A stretch of 64,000 nucleotides of DNA from Lama glama (Eukaryota): NCBI GenBank assembly GCA_028534125.1, contig CM052817.1, positions 75,084,001 through 75,148,000 on the forward strand. The letters run 5' to 3'. Shown piece after piece: positions 12,883 to 25,240 of the stretch; the first letter of the stretch is position 1, and every line of letters starts with the position of its first letter. Position numbers and translations under genes: made by a program. Below the pieces are notes generated by a model that saw only the letters and a list, made by a program, of their open reading frames with translations, ran no database searches and was not told where the DNA came from.

Positions 12883-15789
12883 AGTAACTTCAAATTACAA
12901 AGCATTACCAAATATATCTTTTAACTGTTATTTGAATGGAAAATTTAAAAGATCAAATATTTAACATGAAATTTCTTAGCAGTGTTATTGGGAAAAAACA
13001 GTCTACAGAATCAAATTTCTTACACTAAAGTACATTTATAGGAAGGATTTTAGAAATATTCATAATTAACTGAAATGTCAACTAGCTATATAAAATTGGA
13101 CTATTGCAATGTACATGTAATTATCAACAATTTATTTATAAGTCAATATCTACCAATCTGTAAGACTTTTATTTTTGTATTCCCAGTTAAAAATCAGTGC
13201 TAGTGAAAAAATGTTCAGATGCTTCAATAAGAGAATGAATAGATAAATTAATTAGTGAACAAATTTTTAAAAAATATACCTGAAGGTTGTGAAAGACACC
13301 TGAATAAACACACTTGGCAATGGCTACTTTATTATTAAAGTAAAAAAAAAATGTGACCTGAGCTTTCTATGATCTGAACTGGAGAAAGCAGTATGGATAC
13401 AATACAATTTTATACAATTAAATAGACTGAACATTATATTTGCGTCTATACAGAATATTTAATGCAGCTAATTCAACGTTGTGAACATTCCTTTTTTCTT
13501 CCTGAGAGTAATCTGAATTCGTGCTACTATGAAAGCAGGGGAGAAAAACCTTTCATTGCTCAACCTGCAAGCTGTCTGAGCAGAGAAACAGAAGCTGCTA
13601 CAAGACGATGCTATAGCATAGAATTCAGAGTATATTCCAGCAAGGGAGAATATAGTTTTTGTACAGGAGGATAGATCACTGTTTATATTTATCACTGACT
13701 CTACGGCTTCCTCCTGGACATGTGGCAGGAAATGTACACAAGAGAAGGAATGTGATGTGGGAAAGTTAGTTTCAAAAGGTTACTTAAAGGAGACACATGT
13801 GAAAAATGGAAGCTGAGGTGCCTTTTCCATATTTAAGCCTTCTCTTGAACTCAATATTAAGAAATAAGTGAAATGAATAAGCTTGATGATACCAAGTGTC
13901 AACTCCAGGTGTAAAAATGGAGGAATTTCATTTTCTTGTTTGGAAACTTAATGAGCATCTTTGAAAATGGGACTATTATTTCCATTTGGAATTATCTGAG
14001 GGTGTCTGTGACAAATACAAAGCACTGTAATAACATACTGGATTAGCATTCATTTAAGCTGTCATTAATAGAATTTTTTGAAGTACTGATTGCATTCTAC
14101 TAAGGCTCCATTTTTCATGCTTCGTGAAATAATCTTAAGACAAGTTAACTAATTAATTTTTTTTCAAAATCCAGGAAATATGATGCACTGAGGTACAATT
14201 TAAAATTAGTAACAATTAATTTCACTCTACCTGTCTACTGTCTACCTGACTATGTAATTTTTAGGTATAAAAATCCTGAAGGATGGAATTTGTTTGTAAA
14301 TTTGGTGATTTTCCATTTGAAGTAAATATACAAGTAAAGAAGGCACAGTAAACATTAACTAACCAAATACTGGGTTGAATTACAAAATGTTAATGGCAAG
14401 AAGAGGAGGCAAAAGAGAAAACGAACGTATGCATCAATGCAGACTCCAGGAGACAAATCAGTATTTTCACACAGTGGATAGTGTATTGACTATACACTTG
14501 GAGTCTTAGTATTCACTCAGACTTGCCTATTATCAGGTGAGGATGGCAGGTGTGTGACAGGTTCAGCCTCATCACAAGGACTAAATTTGAATATAAAGGC
14601 ATATTTCAATTCTTTGGAGAGATGCAGTGTGGCAGCTGGAGAGCAGAGTCTGAGCAAGACGGGTGAGGAAGATGCAGAGAATAAAGTGACTCCTGGCAAT
14701 TAATCACACATGTCAAGGGACAGTCAAGAGGATCTGTTGACTTTGACAAATTATGGGACTCCTCACGCCCCTGAAGAAAAGGGCCTCCAATTCCTCTGGT
14801 ACTATTGACTGTTTGTTCTAATCAGAGCGCCAATGGGAAGGGAAACTAAATGGAAAAACAAGAAATTCAATAAATATCAATTAGTTCATGATGTTCTACA
14901 ATAATGAGGTTTTTAATGTAATTTTTAAAAATCAATAAAAAGAACAGTAGATAATTTTGAGTTTGGTATATAATTACAAAAAAATGTATTTTTGTTCCCT
15001 TTGGAGTTTTGGGTTATTTTTCAGGTGCACTTTAATTCTATGACAGTCAGAGGCATGTGGTATCTTCTGATTTGTCACCATCTGTGTTTCCTATTCTGTT
15101 TAAACTCATTCTTCAGCTCTACGTGGCTCCCACATTGCAAAAAACTTCAGTTATCATTGACTCTTCACTCTCTCCCATCCCTAGCATATAGGCTGTCACT
15201 AAATTTTATCAGATTTGCTTGTGAAATAACTTTCTATTCCCACTTCATTTCTGGTTCCCAGTTTCTATTTATCTAAAATTTCCTGTAAAATCTTGCAGTT
15301 CTTTTCTAATGTAGACTTGATTTTAACACTTCCCTGTGTAAAGGAAAAGTCTTGAATATCAGCACAAGGGAATCATATTTTGTTAATTTAAAAATATGGT
15401 GAAAGTGTGTTTTGACATGAATATATTATATAAAACTAAAAGCACGTGACTAAAAGAATCTACTTTATTACCCAGTATTTCATTTCATTTTCAATGAAAA
15501 TAATACATGTTCCATATATTTTGTGTATATAGGTTTAAAGGATATTCTTCAGCATAGTGACTGTTTGTCTCTAGGTAATGACCTTGCATCTTTTTTGGTA
15601 ACAAGTCACCCATCTCTCACTCAATTAAAAACATAAAAATATCTTGATGGTTGCCAAATGCCTACAGAGTCTAAGACTCTCCCTAGTTTTTCCACACATA
15701 CTTCTAGCTCAATATTCTGCACATCTCTTCTCCCTTCCCTTTCTTGCATCATTCTCTTGCCCTGTCAGGTGGCATGATTCTCCCAGAGA

Positions 15790-16180
15790 AATGTGTGCAT
15801 TTCCATGTTTTTTTTCCTCTTTTTATATATTGTTCCTTCTGCCTGAAATTTTCTTCCTTTTCATTTCTAATTGTTGAATTCCTACTTGTTGTTTAGGGCT
15901 CTTCAAATTCTGTGAAGATGTCCAGAACCTCACCAGGGGAATGAATCACTCTGTCCTGAGTAAAGTATCACAACAAAGTAAAAATATATAACAATTGTTC
16001 ATTATACTCATGTAACAGTTTTTCATTTTCTTGACTCCCTGATAAATTATGAACTTTCTCAGAGTCTATCATAGATTACATGGATTGCATTTTGTGGATT
16101 GTATAATGCTATCCACAGTCTTCAATGCAATATCAAGTACTCAGTAAGTCTTTAACAAATGTAAGAAAGAACGTGAATAG
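15790..16180 (+). mobile_element. L2 LINE fragment
   Basis: tgttccttctgcctgaaat, gaattcctacttg and gtactcagtaagtc L2 3' motifs. Confidence 0.5.
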
Positions 16181-16811
16181 GAAATGACAGGTTTAACTTT
16201 AAATTGTTAGGAAATTATGGCATTTAAATTTTGTCTTTCTTAAAACCCTAAAAACTGAATTTTAAATATGTTCCTTATCTTTTAAATTATGATTTCTTCC
16301 CCCATTTCTTACTCCTTCGAGCCATTCCCACACAAGATCAATGACAAACGAACAACCTTGAATTACTGAAAAATGTCTTCTTTCAAGCAGATTTTGCAGT
16401 TGTTTCTATATAGGGCGCATCCCCCAGGAGAGAGAAACTCTAATGCAAATTCGGATTTTGACCACTCAATCTTTTCCCCAGTCACCCTCTAAATACTTAT
16501 GCCCTTGGAACTTGTCTTTTGTTGATGGAAGATTAATCTGAAAAAAATCGAGGATTATATCTAAGATTAGAGATGAATAAAAACTTTAAACATAAATGAC
16601 TTTCAAGAGGCATCTATACTGTCTCAGCCTTCTTAAACGTCTGTCCTCAATAACTATTTTTCTCAATAAAAAAATTTTATATGATGGAATTAGAACAGGC
16701 AGATGGGAGGGTAGTAGGGGATACATTTCCAATTTGCTCACAGTGATTCTAATCCAGTCCAGTGTAGTTCATGACAGGCAATAAGCACTCAATGGATCTT
16801 TATTTGAAATA

Positions 16812-16972
16812 CAGTGAACCCTCCATATCCATGGTTGGTTGACTCCCCAGTCCAGATACGTAGGGCCAACTGTACTATTCCATTTTATGCAAGGGTGCTG
16901 AGCATATAGAATTTTTGTATCCTCAGAGGTCCCGGAACCAATCAATCCTCTGTTGATACTGAGGTACCACTG
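16812..16972. mobile_element. MER2/Tigger-family Tc1-mariner MITE
   Basis: Imperfect TIRs CAGTGAACCCTCCATATCC and GATACTGAGGTACCACTG. TA at the left flank, CA (decayed TA) at the right. Internal ttttgtatcctc...ggtcccggaaccaatc block. Confidence 0.8.
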
Positions 16973-17062
16973 CAATTGATTCAGCAAGTATTAGTTGAAT
17001 ATCTACTATTACCATCCCTTTCCAGGCCTAGGGAAGTCCTATTTTAGTGAAGAAATACTGTG

Positions 17063-17260
17063 GCTTAATTCATTTATTCAGCAAATACTTAAAGGAACAC
17101 ACAGGCTGTTCCAGATACTGAACCGTGCTGTGGATGCAGGGGAGAGCAAGCCAGCTGTGACTACTGAATTCCACAGACTTTCCAGGCTGATGTCTGTGAT
17201 AGAGGAATATTTAAATGCTATAGATATAAATTGAGAAAGTATTTAATTCTACCTAAGGGA
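17063..17260 (-). mobile_element. L2 LINE 3' end, antisense
   Basis: ttaattcatttattcagcaaatactta followed by ccagatactgaaccgtgctgtggatgcag. Confidence 0.6.
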
Positions 17261-18649
17261 GAATGAAATAACATTCTGAAATTTGTGGAGCATTTACTGA
17301 TAGATATGCCAAGTATTGCACACGGATGTGTCATTTATGCCACCCTGCTGGTTTATTATAGTGCTAAATGTTTCTGAAATGCTTCTGATAATTTTGCATA
17401 TACTAAAATAAAACAATGTTATAGTCCAATCTGTATTTTTATTTGAGTGTTATCCTATTATATCTCTCAGCCAGTATTTGTTCTAACTTGCTGTGCTTAA
17501 ATGAATTTATTATGAAGTTTGGTTTACACCACTATAAACTCTAGCTGGTGTTTCCATTTTGTTTTGATTAAACAGTTTTGACTCATATGCCTGACAAAAG
17601 AAAAAGCCAATGATGGAGCTTGAGTGCTTCAAAGAAGTAAAAGGTGTATCACACAGGATATTAAAATGGAAGTCATATAGACTGTAAGAAAGTGATTGAA
17701 AATATAGATGGCAAAGATTATTATATGATTTAGCATTGGTGGTGGATGGGCTTTCATATTATGAAAGATGTCAGGAAATTTTGTGCAACTTGGCAGTATG
17801 GTTAAAGAATTGTATAAAAGGTCATTGAAAGAAAATATAACGAGCAATTACAAGTTTGCTGTACTCTCAATACTTGTAGTACTCTGCAAGCTTATTCTTA
17901 TGGGGCTCATGCTATGAGGGCCCCATAATAACTAACCTGGTTAATAAGATCAAGTCCAACAATGCACATGTGCAGCCTCCCCCTTCCCATTCAATGAGTA
18001 TATGTGAGCACAATGCCCTTTATATTTCTTAATTTAGGACAGAAAAAGTTTTAAAAATAAGTCCAATTTAAGTTGGACTTAGAACAATAAATTGTGTTTC
18101 AACAGACGGTAAATGAAGAGAAGAGAAAATCAGTCAGAAGAAATAACCTAGATATGTAGGTCCTGGAACCAACCAATCTGGGACACTGAGAATGTTACGA
18201 GATGAGGTTAAGCTCAAGACAGGGTTTGTGGAAGGGATAAAAAAATAGAAATTTAAAGAATAACACGTGTGGGAATTAGTATTGAATTTTGATGTTATTT
18301 AAGATGTTATTAAGGTAGTTATTTTAAATAGCTTTGATATAAATTTGAAAATAGCATTAACATAATCAAAGGAAGACAAAGGAAAAAATGAGGAGCCATT
18401 TACTTGGGTTTAGATTTTTTTTAATAATCCTTATTCACTAATCTTACAAGTTGTCTTAATATACATCTTTCTTATATGTCAACTTCAACTATCTAGAATA
18501 CAGATGAGAAACAAAAAGTAAGGCAAAAAGTGCTATAGATAACTATATAATTTTCTGGAATTTAATTTATTGACAACAGACATCCTCACTTCTGTTTAAC
18601 AGTTTAAATTTTCTACCTCTAGCCCACTTCTTAGTCTACAAGAAATCAA

Positions 18650-19650
18650 AAACAATTTCCTTCTAGAATTGCTGTCCAGGACTGGAGGCAACCAAGGAGA
18701 GATGGGCTGAGGTTCTGCAAGCTGCTCTAACTACAGTGTATTTGTCAATTTGGGAGAAAGCAAAAAGGCTGTGAGGTCAGACACAGAGCTGTTACTAAGA
18801 GGATAGGAAAACCAACAGAGCTTTCGGAAATTTCCTAAGTCTCGGGAGAAAAAGTAAAGTTTAGAGCTAAAATGGCAGGTGAAACTTGAAGGGCCAAGAT
18901 CTCAGAAAAGTTGAAGCATAGAGAAGTGAGGCAAAATCTTGTGATTTTTTTTTTTCACTTTGGGGCATTCACCGAATTCTTAAACTACACAGGGAAAGAA
19001 GGAGAGAAGCTAAAGAGAAAGTTGCTCAAAAATATCATATGATTTTTGACAATCTTAAAATCTGAAGAGATTTAAACAATTAGAGGACATAATGAGGAGA
19101 GGGGCTCTTGGTAAACACAGCAAGGCTAGTTTCAGTTCTTGATTGGATTTAGATATTCTGCCCTGCTTCAGCTATTCAGCAGAAGGAATTATGAATCCTC
19201 TCTAGAGCAAAATACAATTATTCAGAGTCTCTAGAATTATTAATGCAAAATGTCCCATAATCACTAAAAATGTTCAGCATATCAAGAAAAATAAATGTGA
19301 ACAAAAGACATCATACTCAATGAGAACATACTTTAAAGTAAGTAATTAGCAAAAAATCTTGAAGAAAATAACAAAGATTGAGGATTTATGCTATTACAAT
19401 CACAAAGACATGCATAAGTACAGTAATGAAAACACTGTGTTTTGGCGTAAGTATAGAAAAACAGACCGATGGAAAAGAATAGAACACCTAGAAGACTCAA
19501 AATTATGTATTGAGCTGATATAACAAAGTTTATCCGGTAGTAAAATTAGAAAAAATGGTGTTTTAGTAATGATCATGGATCAACTGGATATATATGAAAG
19601 ACAAAAAATCAATCTTACCTACTTCACAATATATTAAACAATTCCAGGTA
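18650..19650 (+). mobile_element. Old L1M fragments (5' region plus ORF2 C-terminal part)
   Basis: A-rich. 19350-19650 contains acagtaatgaaaacactgtgttttggc...agaccgatggaaaagaatagaacacc, the ORF2 KTVWYW...DQWNRIE region in decayed form. Confidence 0.65.
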
Positions 19651-20568
19651 AAAAAAAAAGGTAAAGGCTCAATTTGTAATACAAGTTGCACAAATTGTCA
19701 TCAATTTTCAGGATGGTTGTTTTTAATTCCTCAAAGAATTGGGTTGCAACCTGAATGATATCAAGGGCCTGACCCGTCCATCCAACAGAATTATCTTCAA
19801 CTTGCTTTTTTATATCAGAGAGAAGATCTTCAACTAAGATGAAAATCCAAAGATTCCTTGTTCTAGATTTAGGGCTATTGGAATGTTTGCTTTTTGAATG
19901 TTTTCCTTTTTCTCTGGGTACATAGTTTCATTTAGATTAGAGGAGAGGCTTAAACAAAACTCCCTATCAGGCTCTCAGGCTCTGAAAATTAGCGTTCAAT
20001 TTGGCAACTTCTGACCTTAGATTTACTTTAAAAAAAAAAAAAATCCTTTCAACTATCTTGTCAAGTTCCAGCCAAGCCAAAGAGCAACATTCCTGGCAGT
20101 ATTGAACAATCCCCAAATTTACTACTCTCCCAAGATCCAGAACCACTCCCAAAGATAACCAAAAGAAAAAATGATTTAGATAATTTCCCCTTGAAAGCTG
20201 GCAACAGTTAATAGGCCCCTAGCCACAAATGGAGTGCAGCCCACACTTCTGACCAGCCACAGTTTTGGGCCCCAAACCTGAAGGTTGAGCTGCTTGCAAT
20301 ACATAAGAACTGACAAACCAGATACAAATGCCAGGCCAAGCTCTCAGGAAACAAAATAAGACAAAGAAGAAGTAGAGCTGTCCCTGAGAGAGAAAATATT
20401 GACAACAATAAGTACTCCAAAGCTGGATTCTCAAGGGTCTGGATTTGGAAAGGAAGAAATTGTAGTTTCTCCTTGGTTGTTTAAGAGAATAACTAACTGG
20501 TAGCAGTTTACTGGAGAATCCTGCACAGTCTTGTCAACTCTGGGAGGGACCCATATGGGGGCCTTCTC

Positions 20569-20700
20569 TGAGGATGGATATGAGAGCATTCAAGTTTGTG
20601 CGGAAAAAATTGACAAAACCTTTGGTTGCAAATGAGGATGGATATGAGAGCATTCAAGTTTGTGCGGAAAAAATTGACAAAACCTTTGGTTGCAAATGAG
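20569..20700. repeat. Perfect 64-bp tandem duplication
   Basis: 20569-20632 is identical to 20633-20696 and is followed by a third TGAG. Confidence 0.97.
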
Positions 20701-20779
20701 ACAGATTTCTGGGCCAGTATTTTGATGATGGACCCAGAGGGAAGTACAATGAGGGAGGTACAGGTATTCTTATTTTTTT

Positions 20780-21321
20780 TGGCCTTGGAGCTGCTGGAGT
20801 TATAAGGCCACTAATTTGCTGGGCATTGTTTTTTCTTTTTTTTTTTTTTTATGTTTTGTAGTCTTTTCAGAGTGGAAAGGCAATTCACATGGAGGCACAG
20901 GAGACTGAGTTCTTCGGTAAAGGTTATAGAGGGGAGTAGTAGGAGCCAAGTAAGTCTTACAGTGTTCTGTTTTAGGTACCACTTGTGTCTTTAATTTCTC
21001 ATTAGTCTTTTGCAATGAACCTTTCAATGACACTATTTTGGAATTTTGAAGCCTCTGGAAGCTTCTGGATACCAATTAAAATAGGTATCCCATTCTGTTC
21101 GTTGATTTGGGAAACTTTGCTTTCAAGAGCACTTTTTAAATAAATGATTGTCTAATTGGAACATTTCCCATAATGACCATTGTAATTCTAAGTTGTTTTA
21201 GTAAGATTTTGCCATTTTTGTGTATTATTTATAGCTTCTGGGACCCCAGTTCTTAGACAGAAAATAAGCAAGTGTGCCAGAAGGTGGTATATTCAATTCT
21301 TTGTAACTTGAAGATTCCCAT
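20780..21321 (-). pseudogene. Frameshifted ERV gag N-terminus (matrix plus proline-rich linker)
   Basis: ATG-GGA (Met-Gly) at 21321. Successive frames give PPSGTLAYFLSKNWGP, LELQWSLW and EWDTYFNWYPEASR, then APTTPLY...PVPPCELPF in ORF 20800-21075. Confidence 0.65.
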
Positions 21322-21887
21322 TTCCTTTGCTAAACTTTGGGTCTCTCAGAGCCAAATTAATATCTATTAGAAACATGCCATAGGCTTGGGGATTTTGTGG
21401 TGTTTTATCTTGTTGCATGGAAAGTTTTTTGAGGTTGGCGGTGACCTAGTGTCACTCTAACCTGTTCCATGACCAACTTATCCTGGCACAACAGTCTTAG
21501 AGTTAGATGGGAGTGCTCTAACAGCTTTTAAGTACTTGACTCCTGACCACCAGTTTTGCGGCTTTGGCTTCCGAGATTCCCATTAGCAACAGATCTATTA
21601 CTCCTTTCATAAAAACATTTATTTGCAGTGGTATCTGCCCTGATAGCTTTTAATGGTCTGAACTGTGTCTACTCAGATTTTGATTTTGATGATTGAAACA
21701 GTCTGAATTTCTTGTCTTAATGTATTTCTCCAAGTCCCCTAGTGATTTATGCTGTGAACTTACCTCAAGGCTTTGTGAGTCCCCTACGAGCTGCCACCCA
21801 GTGAAGGCTGCTGGTATCACTATCCTGGAACTTTTCCAGGGACCTAGAACCTTTCCGGGAAATTTAACAAACCCTAGATCCTTTCCT

Positions 21888-22062
21888 ATACATATAAAAT
21901 GTATACATATTAAATATATATATAATATATATAAAATACATATATACCATATATATAATGTATGTTTTTATATGCATATGTGTGTATATATATACAATGT
22001 ATATATATTTATGTGTGTATATATACACACACACACATTATACACACACACACATACACACA
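21888..22062. repeat. Compound (TA)n/(TG)n/(CA)n microsatellite
   Basis: Directly visible. Lies inside the ERV leader and accounts for ORFs 21693-22259, 21958-22173 and 21968-22219. Confidence 0.9.
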
Positions 22063-22229
22063 AAGTGTGTTTGGAATGGGGACCTGCACGCAAGGAGGTG
22101 GTGCTCAAATCTGAGAGTGACTTACCAAAGGCCCAAGGTAAGGGCAAGAGGAACAATGAAACAAAGGGTTTAGTGGGTACTGTGTCTATGCATCTCCTTG
22201 TTCCACAGGCCACTAGCAATCAGCTTTGG

Positions 22230-22248
22230 ATCCCATTCCTTGTCACCA
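22230..22248 (-). promoter_or_regulatory. Retroviral primer-binding site, closest to tRNA-Leu
   Basis: Minus strand reads TGGTGACAAGGAATGGGAT just after the LTR. The recalled tRNA-Leu PBS is TGGTGTCAGGAGTGGGAT (2 mismatches, 1 insertion). Confidence 0.55.
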
Positions 22249-22253
22249 GAACT

Positions 22254-22584
22254 AATTAAAAATGATTAAAGAAAATAACTTGGGTTATACAAACAAACTT
22301 TTTAACACTTCATGAAGCAGATCAGTCGTTTTTCTGGAGAACTGCAAAAGGCAGAAAGCTTTTATAGAATAAAGAATAAAGGAGACTAAAAGAAAATATC
22401 TGATTGGTTGGGGCCACATAGTCAACCTTGTTTGGGATGAGAAGACCCAGAGTTGGCTTGGCATTGGTGACTGGCTGACCCTGTGGTCAAGCTGAGTATT
22501 TGTTGAACACAAAAGTTATCTAAGCTTCTATGCTGACATGGCACTCCAGGCAGGACATCTTGGGTCTAGAAATTTATTTCAACA
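22254..22584 (-). mobile_element. 5' LTR of the class I ERV (~330 bp)
   Basis: Minus strand begins TGTTGAAATAAAT at 22584, contains CCAATCAG and TATAAA, and is directly followed by the PBS. Confidence 0.7.
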
Positions 22585-22899
22585 GCACCAAACTAGTTTT
22601 CTGCTAGAGCTTCTGCCAAACCCTGAAAGATTCTGCTTTAATGATTGCATACGGCGTGGAGGACAGAAGATAAAGCTTCTGTCTGCCCATGGTGTCGAAC
22701 TGGATTGGTGACTCAACATAAAGCAGAACCCTAACAGCTTAATGAAAATTAAACCCCACTGCCCAGAAAAAGATGGGTTGGAAAACTTTCAAATCTTGGC
22801 CTTGAAAATGGATAGAGGTAAAAACTCCCCCTATGCATTCAAAATCAAAAGATAGCTTTGACTTGGGTTTTGACTTGAAAACCTATGAAGATAATACAA

Positions 22900-23960
22900 T
22901 TACAAATTCTCCAAGTGATTAATATACTTTCACATATTACAAATGAAAAGGTAAAGATAAGATTATTATCTTGATAAATGATGTAAATGTGGTATTAAAT
23001 TCAACATTCATTCTTTATAAAATTTTCAGCAAAAGAGAAATAAATATTTTTTCATTAGTAAGGTACATACACAAAAAGAATTTTTAAAAAATCACACTTA
23101 AGTGAGAAAAAAATGAAAGCATTCCCTTTAACATCAGGAACAACACAAGGATGCCTGCCTTCATTATTCCTAATTAAGCATAATTATGAGGTCCTTGCCA
23201 GTGATGGCAAATTAAAAAACAAAGTAGATGTGACAAATGGAAAACAAAGTTTCTATTACTTATATGATTCTCCATAGAGAACCCCCTCCAAAATCTACTG
23301 ATAAATTAATAGAATTAAGTAAGAAAGTTTACCAAGGCTCAAAATTCAAAAATTAATGAATTTCTAAAATCTAGTAGCAATCAGTTAACATCCTCCTTAA
23401 TAAGATAAAACAAAAAGTGATCATTTACAGTAGCAATAAAAAAAGGAACACATCGTTTTTAATGTGCAAAGTTTGTAGAGAGCAAATTATTAAACTTTAG
23501 ACATTAAAGAAAATCTGAAAAAAATGGTAGAAATATAACTTTCTATGATTGGGATACTCAGCATTGTTGTGATATAAACTTAATCAATTGACAAAGACTA
23601 CCGTTCCAGTTAAATTATCTAGTAAAATTATGATTTGTTTCACTTTTACATTTAATTTAACAATTTGATTCTAAAATTCATATCAAAGAGCAAATAATCA
23701 AGAACAGTCAAAGGCATTCAAGAAAAATAACAATTTGCAGAGACTGGTTCTTCCACATATTAAAAAGTAGCTATAAAGATATGGTAACTAACACAGGGAG
23801 AATTTAGCTGACAAAACACATAGACAAAAGAGACTGAAGAGAGAGCTACACAGACCCAGAGCATAGAAAATCCCCATGTATATGTGGAAAACTGATCTGA
23901 GATAGAGCAAAAATGGCAGAGTGGTGTGGAAACAGATTCTTAAACAAATCACAATGTGAC
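22900..23960 (+). mobile_element. Old L1 ORF2 reverse transcriptase fragment
   Basis: Around 23120-23160 it translates KAFPLTSGTTQGCLPS, matching L1 RT GTRQGCPLSP. Many stops and indels. Confidence 0.85.
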
Positions 23961-24884
23961 TGTAATACCAATTATGAAAGAAATATTAAGGATGGTTGGT
24001 TTGGAGTGAGGAGAATATAAGAACTTACTATTTTCTTCTTTGCATTTTTAAAATTTCCTAAATAAAAAAAAAAGAAACAAAACAATAAATATCATTAAAA
24101 TGCAGTGAATGAAAGATGAGGAAGTAGAAATTATAGGTAACTCGAAGTTTGGCTATGAAGAAAAACAGAAAATTTAGACCCTACTTTGAGGGAAGCAAGG
24201 ACAGGAGGACATTATTTTAATGTCTAGGTGTAGAGCATATTTATAGGCTGATAGGAATGATCCAGTAAAAGGTGAAACCCTGATGATGGAGAAGGGTAAG
24301 GCAATCAATTATTTAAAAGTCTGTCTGAAGAGGGAACTCTTAATCCTCTACAATTTGATATAAATGCAGCAAGTTTAAATGCAGACATTGTAACCATACG
24401 CTGGACTAGCACTAGGTTCTTTTTCAAGACCCTATTATATTACAGAAAGAATAGATACTAACTGGAAGAAAATAAAATGCTTAAATATTTCTAGAATAAA
24501 CTTTTTGACACGGAAAAACATAATACCGACATCAGTGCAAAATACGTGAGTATGGATATCATGAGACCAAAGAAGACAATTTGACCTTCTTTAGTTTTCA
24601 TGAGGAAAATATTCTTTCTTGATAAAGTTAAAGAGTTGTTTTTTGGAGGTTCTTATTTATAGAAAGTGCTGTGGGTCTACTGAATTACTGAAGAACTTAC
24701 AAATATGGGGGGAGGGGCTGGAGTATGAATGATGATAACATTATTGTCAGTTCTTTCTTGACGCAAAACCTGTGTACACATTTTGTTTTGTTTTTTGGCC
24801 AACAATAAAGTTGAGATTCTAATTTATATTAATTTATTTAAAATTATTTATAAGTAAGTTAAAAAATGTTCACCAAAATATGTT

Positions 24885-25240
24885 TCTTCTGTATTCCCAG
24901 ATGTACAGGAAGCTTGCATGTCCTCATCCCCATGAATTAAGAGTGATCATGTGACTTGCTTTGGCCAATCGAATGTGAGGAGTGAGGCATTTCACTTCTG
25001 TTGGAAGTCAGTGATCGATTTTCCAGCATGACTCCTCCTTGCTTCAGTGATTGTGAAAGCATATTGAGGTCGAGGTGCTAGGTACTCAAGAGCAGCCTCC
25101 AGGCTGAGTAAATACAGGGAGGGCAGACAGCCTGGGGCATGACCTATACTCACAGTGATGTGTAAGCAAAGATAAATATTGGGTTAAGCTAAAAAAAATT
25201 TAGAGTTGTTGCTACTGTAGCATAACTTAGACCTTCTTGA
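24885..25240 (+). mobile_element. MaLR MLT1 (H/J-like) LTR
   Basis: catgtgacttgctttggccaatcgaatgtgag and terminal gttgttgctactgtagcataacttag. Confidence 0.75.

Larger units (their letters stand above)
19660..22253 (-). mobile_element. Class I ERV internal region (non-autonomous, MER4-group-like) with decayed gag
   Basis: Follows the LTR and PBS on the minus strand. Contains a frameshifted gag matrix-like segment. No pol or env motifs and no 3' LTR seen. Confidence 0.7.

Noticed and set aside
21693..22259. Longest ORF (188 aa)
   Set aside because: It runs through a TA/TG/CA microsatellite (IYIY, THTH runs), antisense to the ERV leader, with no protein-like content.
19350..23960. Single L1 split by the ERV
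   Set aside because: The two flanking L1 pieces cover overlapping parts of the ORF2 C-terminus and are not colinear, so they look like separate insertions.
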